A stretch of 60,214 nt of DNA, counting the filler, from Circinaria calcarea (lineage: Eukaryota), in assembly GCA_051942165.1 (NCBI GenBank). It is 14 parts of 14 records of this genome, joined end to end, with 100 filler letters (N's around TTAATTAATTAA, not from the genome) between each part and the next. Parts side by side here need not be neighbours in the genome. Positions count along the whole stretch, not along the records: positions 38,851 to 43,048 come from JAVECS010002410.1; positions 43,149 to 47,343 come from JAVECS010002411.1; positions 47,444 to 51,634 come from JAVECS010002412.1; 11 more parts are not named here. One strand, written 5' to 3'. Under the pieces are notes generated by a model that did no database searches, was not told where the DNA came from, and saw nothing but the letters and a program-made list of their open reading frames with translations. Shown in pieces: positions 38,851-50,506 of this stretch. The translations under genes were made by a program, and so were the position numbers. Each line of letters opens with the position of its first letter. Position 1 is the first letter of the stretch.

Positions 38851-38961
38851 CCTCCCCATCCATTACACAGCCACAACAATGTTCCGCTCTACCCTCCTCC
38901 GCGCTTGGGGCGGAGGAGGGTAGAGCGGAACATTGTTGTGGCTGTGTAATGGATGGGGAGG
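38851..38961. repeat. Perfect 52-bp inverted repeat (7-nt loop) at a contig start
   Basis: 38851-38902 is the exact reverse complement of 38910-38961. Confidence 0.95.
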
Positions 38962-39147
38962 TTTGAGGGGGTTTTGGGGTGGAGATCTGGAAGTGGTGGA
39001 TTTTTTGATGATGTCGTCGGTTGGGGTTGCTGGATTGGAATAGAAATCCAGGTAAGCGTAAGCGAGGCGTCAGATGCTCATTCTAGCATCTAAAAGCTTG
39101 ACCGCGCATGATTGAAGTATTGCATGGTTCTATATTATATTTGATTA

Positions 39148-39894
39148 ATGATGGCGACTACGAGACTACGAAAGACGTTTCACTACCCGGCTGACAATAG
39201 TGATGAGGATGATACACCCCTAGGGCTAGATGAAGAAGGTATTTATACTTGGGTGTACATTTCTCCCGTGCTTCGATGACGAAGTCTTCATAGAACAGGA
39301 ACAGTTCATCGGAAAGTTGCGTGAGGAGAACGAAGAGAAAAACGCCGAGTATATGGTGATGAACAGGTTCTTGGGGGAAAGATCAACATCGTGGCTGACA
39401 TAGCTGCTGCAGAGAATATTCCTCGCCATTCCCCTAATCTCCATCATGATATATCTTCCCGCACTCCTCTACTTTCCATCTCCATCAGCCAAATTTATTT
39501 CTCTCCTCTGCATAACCTCTCTTCTTGCTACCGCATATATACTCTTCATCCCAAACATGAAACCTATCACAGCAAAGAGCAAGCAAACACCGTTCCAGAC
39601 AGAGTCTGGAAGCAATCTCCTGCGTCAATATTTGGACAGACTTAACGGCGGATTAAGCTTCTTGCTGGCCCTGAATGCCATCACAATTCGGAGTAAGCCA
39701 GGAGTGCATGAGGGTTTTTGGATCTTGTGTGTATTGCCTGCGTGTAAGCCTTTCTACGATCGCATTTGTTAAACGGTCTCAATTGACTTTACATGGCAGT
39801 GGTGCTTGGCGTGGTAGTTCTTACAAAACGCGAGATGTTTTCGGTAGATGTAGACGAGCTGGAAGACTTGAAGTATGGATATAAAGGTGCCTAG
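39148..39894 (+). CDS. Conserved uncharacterised multi-pass membrane protein, 4 exons
   Basis: MMATTRLRKTFHYPAD...LDEE/EQEQFIGKLREENE...hydrophobic segments (SLLATAYIL)...VDVDELEDLKYGYKGA*. Three GT-AG introns splice in frame. Confidence 0.8.
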
Positions 39895-40153
39895 GGGTTG
39901 CACCAACAATGCCGCGTCTATTATTTGCCGAGAATAAACGGAAACTCATGCTGCTTTCCTCTCACGTTTCTTGCTGAAATGGATTTGTGACACACCTGGG
40001 ACTGCAATCTTAAGCCAACTCCACGCTGACGATTCAAGACAGCTTCGCCTTGCCAAATCCCACTCGGAACGTCCTATGGCTGCAGGGATGGTACATCTCG
40101 TAAAGATCGCCGGTGACGTCCTTTGCTTTTGGAAGGAAGCCACCGTTGTAAAT

Positions 40154-40596
40154 TTACCGCAAGCAAATATTCATACTTTCATTCAACATCCCGAGCGTAA
40201 TGTCGAAGTGCCGAAAAGCATTCTTATGAATCTCTGACCCCCACGGCACTACATATCTATGCCTACGCCCTTCAATTAGCATCGTCCATTTTAAGGGATC
40301 TGGTCAAAAACGTACTCGACCTTGTGTGTGAAAGATGCGTCTTCCCACCACCGCACATGTAGTAAGTTCTTCAAGACTTTGTGCTCAATTCCTTTTTCCT
40401 TTGCTGCGTTTTGTAAAAAGAGAATGGTGTTTCCTATCCTGAGCGCATTGAAGTCTTCGATGGTGCCATTTCGGAATGCTTGGTCGAGGATCCGTTTCAA
40501 GGTATAGCGAGCAGGCTTTGCGTATTGAACGGCATGTAGCCCATTCCGATAGAGCTGGCGGTAGGCAAGTACAAGCTGTTGCTGACTGACCGACAT
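40154..40596 (-). CDS. Small LYR-like / DUF1763-type mitochondrial protein
   Basis: LVLAYRQLYRNGLHAVQYAKPARY...AFR...NTILFL.NAA...EHKVLKNL / intron GTACGT...GCTAAT...TAG / ...FDITLGMLNESMNICLR*. Confidence 0.8.
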
Positions 40597-41442
40597 GTTG
40601 GTATTGTAGAGATGGGCGGTTACGTCCTTTGGCTATTCTTCTCCACAGTGAACTCTATTCGTGGTGCACTAAGTTCAAATTGCAGTCGATAGATATGACG
40701 TAGAATAGCATTTAAAGGAGAGAGCCTGCGGCTGAAAATTAAAGAAGCAGCCATATCTCTTAGCGGAAGCTTATTTCATCGCCGAAAGTCCCGACGGACA
40801 TCCCGCCCCGTTTCGTGCCCGAGATACCGTCTAAAAGCTTCTTGATATTACTTTGGCTTCTACCTCGCCGTTGGTGTCGCCTCAAAACCACTTACCTTGC
40901 CGCTACTACATGAAAGACCTACGTTATCAGCTTGCTTGATGTTCTGTATGATAATCTTTTCCTTTAGCACCGGAGAAGATGTATCACAACCTCCGGTTCC
41001 CTGCATACGGAAATTCCGGATCGAAGGCAAGTACTCAGTATTGTGTCACCAAAGGATCACAACTATGCGTACCTATCGTGAGTCACGATGCAGGGCCTGT
41101 ACATAAGACTGAGATTAGTCTGCGGACTTCCGGATTCAAGCACTGATATTCAAGATCCTTTCTCTCTGAATTTCATTGATCACCTACCATTCTGGGTAAT
41201 CGATTACCAGCTCGTCTGCAACTATCTTTTAGCTTACTGTCAAGCTCGGTACTCACGGCAAACTCGTCGAACTCTGTACCAACATCTATCCCCGCTTCAG
41301 TCGTCATCCTGAATAGGCAGCCAGTGAAAATTGTAGATGCTGACGCCTGATCCTTCCTCGTATATGAACACCATGAATCCCTCGAAGATGGAAACCAACC
41401 GGGGATACTGTTTTCTTTCCTTTCAGCAATCATCTGTCCACG

Positions 41443-43048
41443 ATGCGCGCCTCCCTCTCCTTTTCAGTGCTATTGGGCGTGTCTGTTGTGGCAGCTCTGC
41501 AAAATCCACATAGGAAAGCGGCAAACTACGCTCCAAAGAAGAAGCAACCTCTTGTCAAAAGGGAAGCTCCCGCCATAAAGCAAACCTTGAGCTATCTTAC
41601 CGACAGCACAGCTCGTAAATAAATTCCCATTTTCTCCGTGCAGACGGTTACTAACACGAACTAGCATTTGCTGTGAATGGAACCGCCTTGCCAGAAGTCA
41701 ATTTCGATATTGGCGAATCCTATGCAGGGACTCTGTCCATTGATTCGAATTCCGACAACTATAATCGACTTTGGTTCTGGTTTTTCCCATCCGAGAATCC
41801 AGAGGCATCCGACGAGATTACAATCTGGCTCAACGGCGGTCCAGGCTGCTCGTCCCTCGATGGTCTATTTCAAGAGAACGGCAAATTTCTATGGCAGTCT
41901 GGCACCTATGCTCCAGTACTCAATCCATATTCCTGGACTAATCTTACCAACATGGTATGTTTTAGTCCTTTCGAATTGATGTTGCCCGACTAACTGGTCT
42001 AGATCTATATCGATCAGCCAGTATCAACTGGGTTTTCGCCTGGAAATGTCACTATCAACGATGAGCAAGATGTGGCAAAATATTTCCTCGGATTCTGGAA
42101 AAATTTCATGAGTACATTTGCTCTAAACGGTAGAAAAGTTTACATCACAGGCGAGAGCTATGCTGGCCAATACGTGAGACATCTCCTCCAAAGGAACCCT
42201 CACTGGTTAACGTGTTCAATAGATCCCCTATATAGCCAGTGCCATGCTTGACGCAAATGACACTGAGTACTATAACGTCCAAGGGATACAGATCATTGAT
42301 CCTAGCATAAATGAGGACGAAGTATTACTAGAGGGTATTTGTTCTCGGCTTCTACCGCAATTTCATTGTCCATTCTTCTAACTTGCTGGCAGCTCCGTCT
42401 ATCATGGCCGTGAATCAGTACAATAACATCCTTAGCATCAATGCGTCATACTTGGCTTTCCTCAATGAAAAGGCTGATTCGTGCGGCTTTACTTCATTCA
42501 TGGAGAATGCACTTGTATTTCCTCCCGTGGGACCTCTTCCTTCAGCGCCAGCAGCGTTTGGGAACGGCTGTGACGTCTTTGATGACTTTACCGTTGCTGC
42601 TGCCTACGTTAATCCATGCTACAATGTCTACCATATCACGGATTTCTGCCCATTCCTGTGGAGCGAGCTGGGTTTGTTATCCGATTATATTGGAGGACGT
42701 GGTCTGATTCATGATAGGATTTCCTTCTCTAGCCGGAGGGCCGAATAACTACTTTAACCGGAGCGACGTCCAATCTGTAATTCACGCGGGGCCAACTGAT
42801 TATTCGATCTGTGGAGGTGGTCCTAATCTCTTTCCTACGGGAGACAAGTCTATACCGAGTGGACTCGGTCCGCTGCCGAGCGTTATTGATAGGACTAACA
42901 ACGTCATCATCGCCCACGGTCTATTAGATTTCCTTCTCTTTGCCAATGGGTCTCTCGTCACCATCCAAAACATGACTTGGAACGGCATGCAGGGGTTCCA
43001 GACAGCCCCGTCGGACCCATTCTTTGTCCCCTACCACCCACAGCTCGG
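41443..43048 (+). CDS. Secreted serine carboxypeptidase (peptidase S10, CpdS-like); 3'-truncated
   Basis: Signal [44 protein letters not shown] and the catalytic GESYAG; several short introns. Confidence 0.93.
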
Positions 43049-44308
43049 NNNNNNNNNNNNNNNNNNNNNNNNNNNNNNNNNNNNNNNNNNNNTTAATTAA
43101 TTAANNNNNNNNNNNNNNNNNNNNNNNNNNNNNNNNNNNNNNNNNNNNGGGTAGGGCAACACCTACCCCACCCCACCCCGGGGTAAGTGGGGTGGGGTAT
43201 TGAGAACACTGATTGAGATGACCGTGAATCTCGGCGACCGGAATGGCACCCTTGACTTCTATTGGCGGTTTGGGATTGGCGAGAAGATCTCTTAGCCGAG
43301 GCAGTTCCCCACGGTCCTTTCACAGCCCTTCCTTCCAGCTTCCGAGAAACAATCAGGACTTGACCTCCTCGGCAGGAAGGCGTTCCAAAGTACTTTTGAT
43401 CTCGTCTCAATCTGTGTGCAGCAGATTAATCTGTTGCTCGTCGTCTTCCCGTCCCTCGAGGATATGCTGCAGATGGACGCTGGAAGTGGTTAAGTCAATT
43501 ATTCGAAGTTATAATACCAGCATTTAAATATGCCGTTGATCGGCTCTTCGCCTGGCTCAAATTGGTCGATAGCGTGTCGGATATCGAATCCCCGTGTTAT
43601 TTTCTCGATTAAGGGAGTTCGTGGTCATGGTATTCTCCGATAGCGCCTCCCATATGCCGTGGCAAGTCCCACGGTTTCTTTCTAGCATTTTTGACGAGTG
43701 CCTCCAGCATCCTGCCTTGCCCTCTGGCTCGTAAAACGTAATATTAAGGCGGGAGGGAGCATATTTTCCTGATATTTCGCAGCCCATACTTTGCACGAAT
43801 CTAGGTACTATCACTGTTTAGGATAGCTAGGTACCTATTCTTCTTCCGTCTGGTACTTTGGTTCAGAGGTTCGTAAGCTTACTCAAAGCTGGTGAACGAT
43901 AAGTATTTTTCGGGAGCGGAAGGGTTTTGGTTCTAGTAGGAAGGCATGGGGCTGGGGGGCCGTTCTTTGTCAACAATGAGCTTTATAAAATTATAATATA
44001 ATAATCGTAGTGGCTCCCTTGTGAGTATGGTGTCTTTCGATGATCCAACCAATCAAGTTCAATGGGTCGAGTAAAGAGGTCTTCGAGATTGAAAACGCCC
44101 TTTGTATCTGATCGGCGACTGGAGTATTGTGAGTTAGATGAGGATATAAACTTGGTAGCTTTGGGGGCAATAGAAGCCTTTGGAATAATTCCATCCAGAA
44201 GGTGATTATCAGGGCATTTTATAACACCCTACAAAGTGATTGGTAAATTCACCTGGAAACAGTTCTGAGTTCATACCGCAAAAGTCCTGGGCGTCAGAGA
44301 GGACTACC

Positions 44309-45950
44309 TCACTCACACCAAAGAAAACGAGGTGTGTGCACCCTATCGTCAGATTGGCAGCCTCTAATATACCGTCGCGTCCCTTCTCTATAGATGTATC
44401 GGTCTATGTTCATAACGGCGAAACATGCTCGAGATCGTATAACGTAAGGCATGGTGGCCAGTGGCACTTGTGGGAAACGTGACATCCTATCAAGGTATCT
44501 AAAATGGATTTGTCGAGCTCCGGCCCAGGTGATCTAGCCAGGAAATTCAGCCACCAAGACCAACACCGCTAGAGGCAATGGACTGGGGCAACTGGGACAA
44601 GATGTTAACACCTAATACTTGAACCTTAGCCGCTGCTTGTTGTTAGTCCACAAATCAGTAACGCGATAAACACCGCCGTCCTTATTCGATTGAGCAAACA
44701 AGCTCCTCGATTTGAAGTATTGCCTTGATATGATGGGATAGTAACAATGCTTGTAGAATTCAGTAAGGACCATTCCGCAACGTTTCGTGGTTTTTTCCTG
44801 GGCGCTTTCGTACAATGCAGTCACTATCTCCTTGGTTTCTAGATTCAAACTGAATTTGCTGCCACCTTGCTCCAGAGCGTTATCAAGTATGTTGCGAGCA
44901 TGTTCAACATAGCACTGGTGTAGATGCGCAATAATAATATCCTCGGTTGGAAAAGTTTGTTTGCACCCGTTGTACAGACAACCAAACCAAGTTGGTTCAT
45001 GTATCGTCTCAACGTGTTTATCCATCTCATCAGAGGTCGGAGATCCCAGGTAGCAGCCTGGCCATATGCACAAAAATTGCCACTTCCGCAGATGTCTCTT
45101 CTGTTGGGACTACAATGGATTTTCCAGGCGAGGATTTAGACGGGGATCCCAAGCGTACCGCCTGGAACTCGGACTTCCCTTATTTGGTGAAAAGAAAGTG
45201 AACCTTCTGTCTCCGATGTTCTCATATCGTTCATTGATATATTTTACTAACTTATACTGCTCCACTCACGTCACCAGGGTTTTCAGACCGCGAGGCGTCG
45301 ACAGGTGACTCAATTCAATATTTATTCTGGTCCATTCTCCCTAAACTCTCTCCCTCCTTATCTGCACTAGTTGCTTCAGGGTCCGTGTGTGCCTGTTAAA
45401 AGCCAACTTATATTTTTAACGCAAATGAGTAAGGAGCGCCAGCTCAGCCGTCCGGATCTCGTAGTGGGAAATCTGGTCCCCCACGCTAATGTCGGCACTG
45501 TGGAGCATTCAAAAGGGGTTTCTTTAAACGAGGCGGTTCATCTTTGCCTGATGGATAGCTAGCGATTTCGATTTATAAATCCAATACGTCATCTGGCTCT
45601 TACTATAAACTGTTTGCAATTTCTTTACCATGTACCGTCATCTATATGGTTCGGGGTTTCTGGTTGGTCAACATTTCGTATGCACGGGCAAAAATGCGCT
45701 TTTGAATTTCTACCTGCTTCTCTTTAAGCTTACTATCAAAAAGCTCTTACAGACGTTTTTCGACGGCTTCTTATCTATTCCTTATCCCCATCATCACCGA
45801 CTTTCAAGACGTCGAAGCAGTCGATGAACGTAGGTGTATTTGCCGGTTTTAGCGATATCGTAGCGTTCTTTATAGGCGTATCGTTTTCAAAGATTGCTGG
45901 GAATGGCCTAATTCTGACGACGTACTAGATGGTGGTATGCTCAGTGATAA
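44309..45950 (-). pseudogene. Decayed gene with two C2H2-like fingers and a His-Cys box (His-Me finger) endonuclease-like motif; RIP-like damage
   Basis: CIWPGC..HVETIH and CLYNGC..HLHQC in ORF 44612-45073. Reading through TAG 44612 gives HVSHKCHWPPCLTLYDLEHVS, and after a frameshift NIDR...GC...HTPR. Upstream frame 45480-45770 carries many TAA/TAG stops. Confidence 0.6.
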
Positions 45951-47929
45951 AGTGTTGAAAGACAATTATACGTCATCCAAAAAGAGGAGAGGTCATTAAG
46001 ACAAGCTAGGCTATTCGCCTATCCTGCCAAAATTTCCATCATATATACTTCAGACCTTGTAGAGATGCCTGTTAGATAGGGTCCGCTGAGAGGTGGTAGG
46101 ACATCGAAGAAGCCTGGTTCCTTGAGTGGATAATAAGCCTTTGGATGTGATTTGCCTGCGTCCGGACTTCAGAATCTGACTGCTAATGCCGTCTGTACTA
46201 GGAGATAGCCGGATAGTGCAATCCTTCTCTTTGTAGTGGAACTGGATTGATGTAAGGAATACCGAAGCTAATGGAATTTTGTCATTAAATACCATATATA
46301 ATTCTCCTTATAATAAGGCGGGAGTCGTTAAAAAGGAATAGGAATTTTTGTAACGAAGTGTTTAATTAAATATGTATTTAAGGAACCTAAGAATATAAAC
46401 AGAAACTCGCGTCTGCTTACAACGCCGGACGTTACGGACAAGAATATATTATTATAGGCAAGGACCTACCTGAGCTGATGAGAGCTTCTTATTCGACTGT
46501 TGCAAGTTCATACTAGAGCAGTACCTGAAATAGAGAGACAGAAACCGGGCCACTAATACATAATCCACCACTCCGATCTCCCCCATTCCCCCTCTATTTA
46601 AACCTCCCACTAAATATACATCTCCCTTCTGGAAAAGGCTCTATGGTTGCATGTATGGACAAATACGGCGCGAAGACTACCAATAGAAAAGAAGCGAAAG
46701 GTTTGGGGGCTAAGGAATGGGAGATCGGTACAGACGGAAGTGAAGGTTAGAAAAGGGAGGGTGAGATAAGCTGTTGGAAGGCGGAGTTTAGGAAGCATAA
46801 GATGTTATATGTAAAGAATGTATTGCATAGATTGCTCCTCACTCCCAAACCCAGTAATTTCCGTCCTTTCGCTCTTGAATCGGACTCCTTGCCGAGAGTG
46901 TTTTTTGCCCGAGGGGAGGATGACAATGGCCAGGGTAAGGAGACTGGTGAAAGGCTTGGGCTGGAGGTAAGAGTTTGGATAGGGAAAGTGGAAGTAGGTG
47001 GGTCAGGAGTTTGCACTCCAAACCGAGATTACCGTGGTGTTTTTGTAGCCGAAACCTCGTCAGGCCGCGTGATACAGCTGCACTCGAAGTATACAGGGCA
47101 AGCAGTAAACCTTGCACTTCCGCATGTATCATACGTAATCAAACAATCGAAATCTCTTCTCTCACATGTATCCCGGGGTCCGCGGGGCTATCGTAAATCT
47201 CGCTTGAACCTCTCTCAATTCTCGACGTACCCCCGTTCTGACTCAGATCTCGGATTTCTCTGTAGCCTTTGAACGGGTACTCGACCGTGTGCGATACCGT
47301 ACTTTGGGCTGGATTCGAAGAAGGTATGCTGCTGACTCCGTACNNNNNNNNNNNNNNNNNNNNNNNNNNNNNNNNNNNNNNNNNNNNTTAATTAATTAAN
47401 NNNNNNNNNNNNNNNNNNNNNNNNNNNNNNNNNNNNNNNNNNNTCGCGGGGGTGTTTTGGTCATTGTTGCAATTTGGGGGGTGGGGGGTTCTGGGAAGTA
47501 GGGATTCTATAGCTGAGGGGAATGAAGGATGCGGAAAGGGGGCTTGGGAAAGGTCGGGGAGGATAATGACGGTGGTAGGGGATATCGCTCTCGCCGTTAC
47601 CCGGGCCCCCGTGCTCAAACTTGGCTTTTGACCAATTTCATAGAAACTTGTGGTTTATTCCTAGGAGAACGGTGGAAAGGAGATAAATAACCGTAGAATA
47701 GGGAAGCCTGCGGAAGGGGTGGACGGACCGGGGAATTGTGGTTCTCGAACGAGGCAAAGGGGGGTGGATATCTCGTAGTCTACGGGTTTTTTTGGGGAAG
47801 GGGGGGGGATCACAGACTCCGTTGGAGTTACCTTAACACGCCTAGATACTCTCTAAAGCCGACTGTACACCGGAAAGCTTGATCGAGTCAGGTTAGTTGA
47901 AGGACTCAAGTCCAACCTCTTAGGCGCAT

Positions 47930-48528
47930 CGTCCGTGGCCTAGCCACTAGTCCCTTACGACGACTCTAGTTATCAAGTCGTCATTATCGCCAAGAACTCC
48001 GCTGTCTCCGTGGTGGCGTTGATCACATCAAAGTACCCGGGCTCTACCGTTACCAGCTATAAGCTACTAACCATTCTGGCGGGCTGCTACTTGACCGGCG
48101 CAAACGGGAAAGGGTTACCTCCCGTCGATTGCACGCTTCGCTCTACAGGCACCAGAACCAACGGAGCAACAGCGACGCAGGACTTTTCATACATCACTGG
48201 GGGTGTGGGCGGCGTTTCTGCTGTTACTAAATACATGCAGAAGGTTTCTTTCGGGTCTGGTTTCATCGACCTGGTATCAGTAAAGGTAGTGCCGATTGTG
48301 AGTTTGGTGAACACGGGGCTTACCGGTGTGGGGTTGGACGGTGTGACATGTGTTGTATCCAAGACTGGACAATTGTCGTACAGAGAAGAGAACGGAGACT
48401 GTTGTGAGGTCTGGTACCATAAGATGAGCTTTGTGAGGTCAGGAGACGCTGCTGGTTCTGCTTATGCGCGCATAAATCTAAAAAAAATAATACCAGAGAC
48501 TTTTCAATACATTACTATCACACTTTGA
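47930..48528 (+). pseudogene. Probable remnant of a small secreted beta-rich fungal protein
   Basis: GC....P..CT...G.....Q.F.Y....M..V.F..GF..L..V...LD pattern in ORF 48010-48528. No ATG or signal peptide, and an in-frame TAG just upstream (~47941). Confidence 0.35.
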
Positions 48529-48974
48529 TTTATTTTTCTCTACTGTGAGATTCTAGCCAGCATGGCAATAAGATACTTTGATACCACCAATCGAGGAGTA
48601 TGGTTTAGCTTGTGAAAAACGTAGAATTTCTTGTAGATTTGCAGAGCTGCTGGCAGATGAAATTTAAGGTTTATCAGGTATTTCAAGTATAGGGGGGCCG
48701 CCGGTTCTCTCCAGATCCGCTAGGTGCGCACGGCGGGATAAGTAGACTAGCGTCCCGGGCAAATTTTTTCTTGACATGTATCTCCAGTTTCCGGAAGAGA
48801 GCTTCCACAATGCGACTATTTTCTTCATCAATCTTCAGAAGCGCAAGCATTGAAATACGTGTGCAGTCTCCCTCCTGTTAGGTTAACATAGCTCAGCACG
48901 ACTAATTAATCTATAACTCTAAGGGGAAAGTTCGGTACGGATCCTTTTAATAACCCCTGGGCTATGGTGGTAGC

Positions 48975-50506
48975 ATGTTACAATCCCAAAGTTGGACGAG
49001 AAACCTTTTCAAGGTACTACAAGCTTCTCCCTGGCGGCTATCTAAGGTAATTGCCCCGCCGCCGGATAGGTGTCAACCGATCGAGGAAGAGAAAACCCCT
49101 TCGTATAACCGCAAGCATTTTTATCCGACTCGCCTTGGTGAGATTCTCAATGGCAGGTATCAAATAGCTACCAAGCTAGGGCACGGTACTAGCTCGACCG
49201 TGTGGCTTGCGAGGGATCTCTACCAGTCCGTGTTCGAGACTCCCACTTTCTTATTGCATCTTAGTTAACATTGCATTAGATGGCGGTGGTCAGCCGAGCG
49301 CTATGTGGCGATTAAGATCCAAGCTGTCAGTCGTGTTATCAAGGAAGCTGCCGAAGGGGAACTCCGTAACACCCAGCGTAGTTCAAAAGCAAATCTGCGA
49401 CATAAAGGATGGCATTTCGTCAGGACTCTACTCGATTCTTTTACGATAAAAGGTCCATCTAGCGATTATACTTGTCTTGTCTTCGAGCCCTTGCGAGAGC
49501 CCCTCTAGTTGTTGAATCAACGATTCGAGGGAGATACCATTCCCTCGGAAATACTCAAAATTATGGTTGAGATGCTACTTCACGGACTGGATTATCTACA
49601 CACGGAATGCTGCATTATTCACACCGGTAAGTAGAGTGTGTATTGAATGCGGATGTTGATAACCGCAAGCACATGGAGTAAGCTTGGCTTATTTCCCCAA
49701 CAGATCTTAAACCTGACGATATTCTGGTGAGACTTGAAGATAAGACGATCCTTGCAAGAGATGTCTACGATGAATTCACAAGTCCGCTTTCCGCAGAAAA
49801 AGTACGATGACCGGAACATATACCTATCACGAAATAATTACGGTCAACCGAAGTCAGTAACAGGGATAGTATCAGTCACCGACTTTGACAGGTCGGTTTC
49901 AGGAGACGTTTTTAATGATAACTGCATTCAAGCCGAGATTTACCACGCTCCGGAAGTGATTCTGGCGGCAGGGTGGACGTACAGCGCTGATATATGGAAC
50001 TTGGGTGCAATAGCATGCCTTTCAGTCCGGGTTTTCATATTGGCGAGTCACGAGGCTGGGATTTGTTGGAAAAGAGACCCCTTTTCGAAGCCGTCGATCC
50101 GTTGAAGGCTCACTATGATGACCAGATGCATCTGGCATATATCACTGCACTATTGGGCCCACCCCCCAAGAAACTTCTTACACGGGGAACGAGGACTTTA
50201 CCATTTTATACCCCTGACGGTAAGTGGTCCTTTTTAGTAGATATTTGTCCCTATATCCGTTATTTCTTACCAGCGAAATAGGAACTCTTAAATCCCCAGC
50301 CCTTGTGCCCAAAAACTTCAGTTCTGGAAAGCTCTATTACCGCAATTGGTGGTAAGGACAAGAGATTGTTCCTCGAGTTTGTGAGTAGAATGCTCAAGTG
50401 GCAACTAGGGGATCGGAGCATGGCGAAGGAGTTGCTGAATGATCCATGGTTAAGGACAGATGGCAGATTTTGGCGACGGACAGTGAATAAGCCTGGTGGG
50501 ATTTAG
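48975..50506 (+). pseudogene. SRPK-like (CMGC) protein kinase pseudogene
   Basis: IEEE..P.Y...FYP..LG..LNGRYQI..KLG.G..STVWLARD, VAIKI, HT/DLKP, APEV and DIWNLG. Disrupted by an in-frame TAG (49506-49508), a frameshift at ~49790, DFG to DFD, and DLKPDN to DLKPDD. Confidence 0.85.

Noticed and set aside
46802..47272. 156-aa plus-strand ORF next to the decayed nuclease gene
   Set aside because: No motif, and overlapping ORFs of similar length on both strands; cannot be supported.
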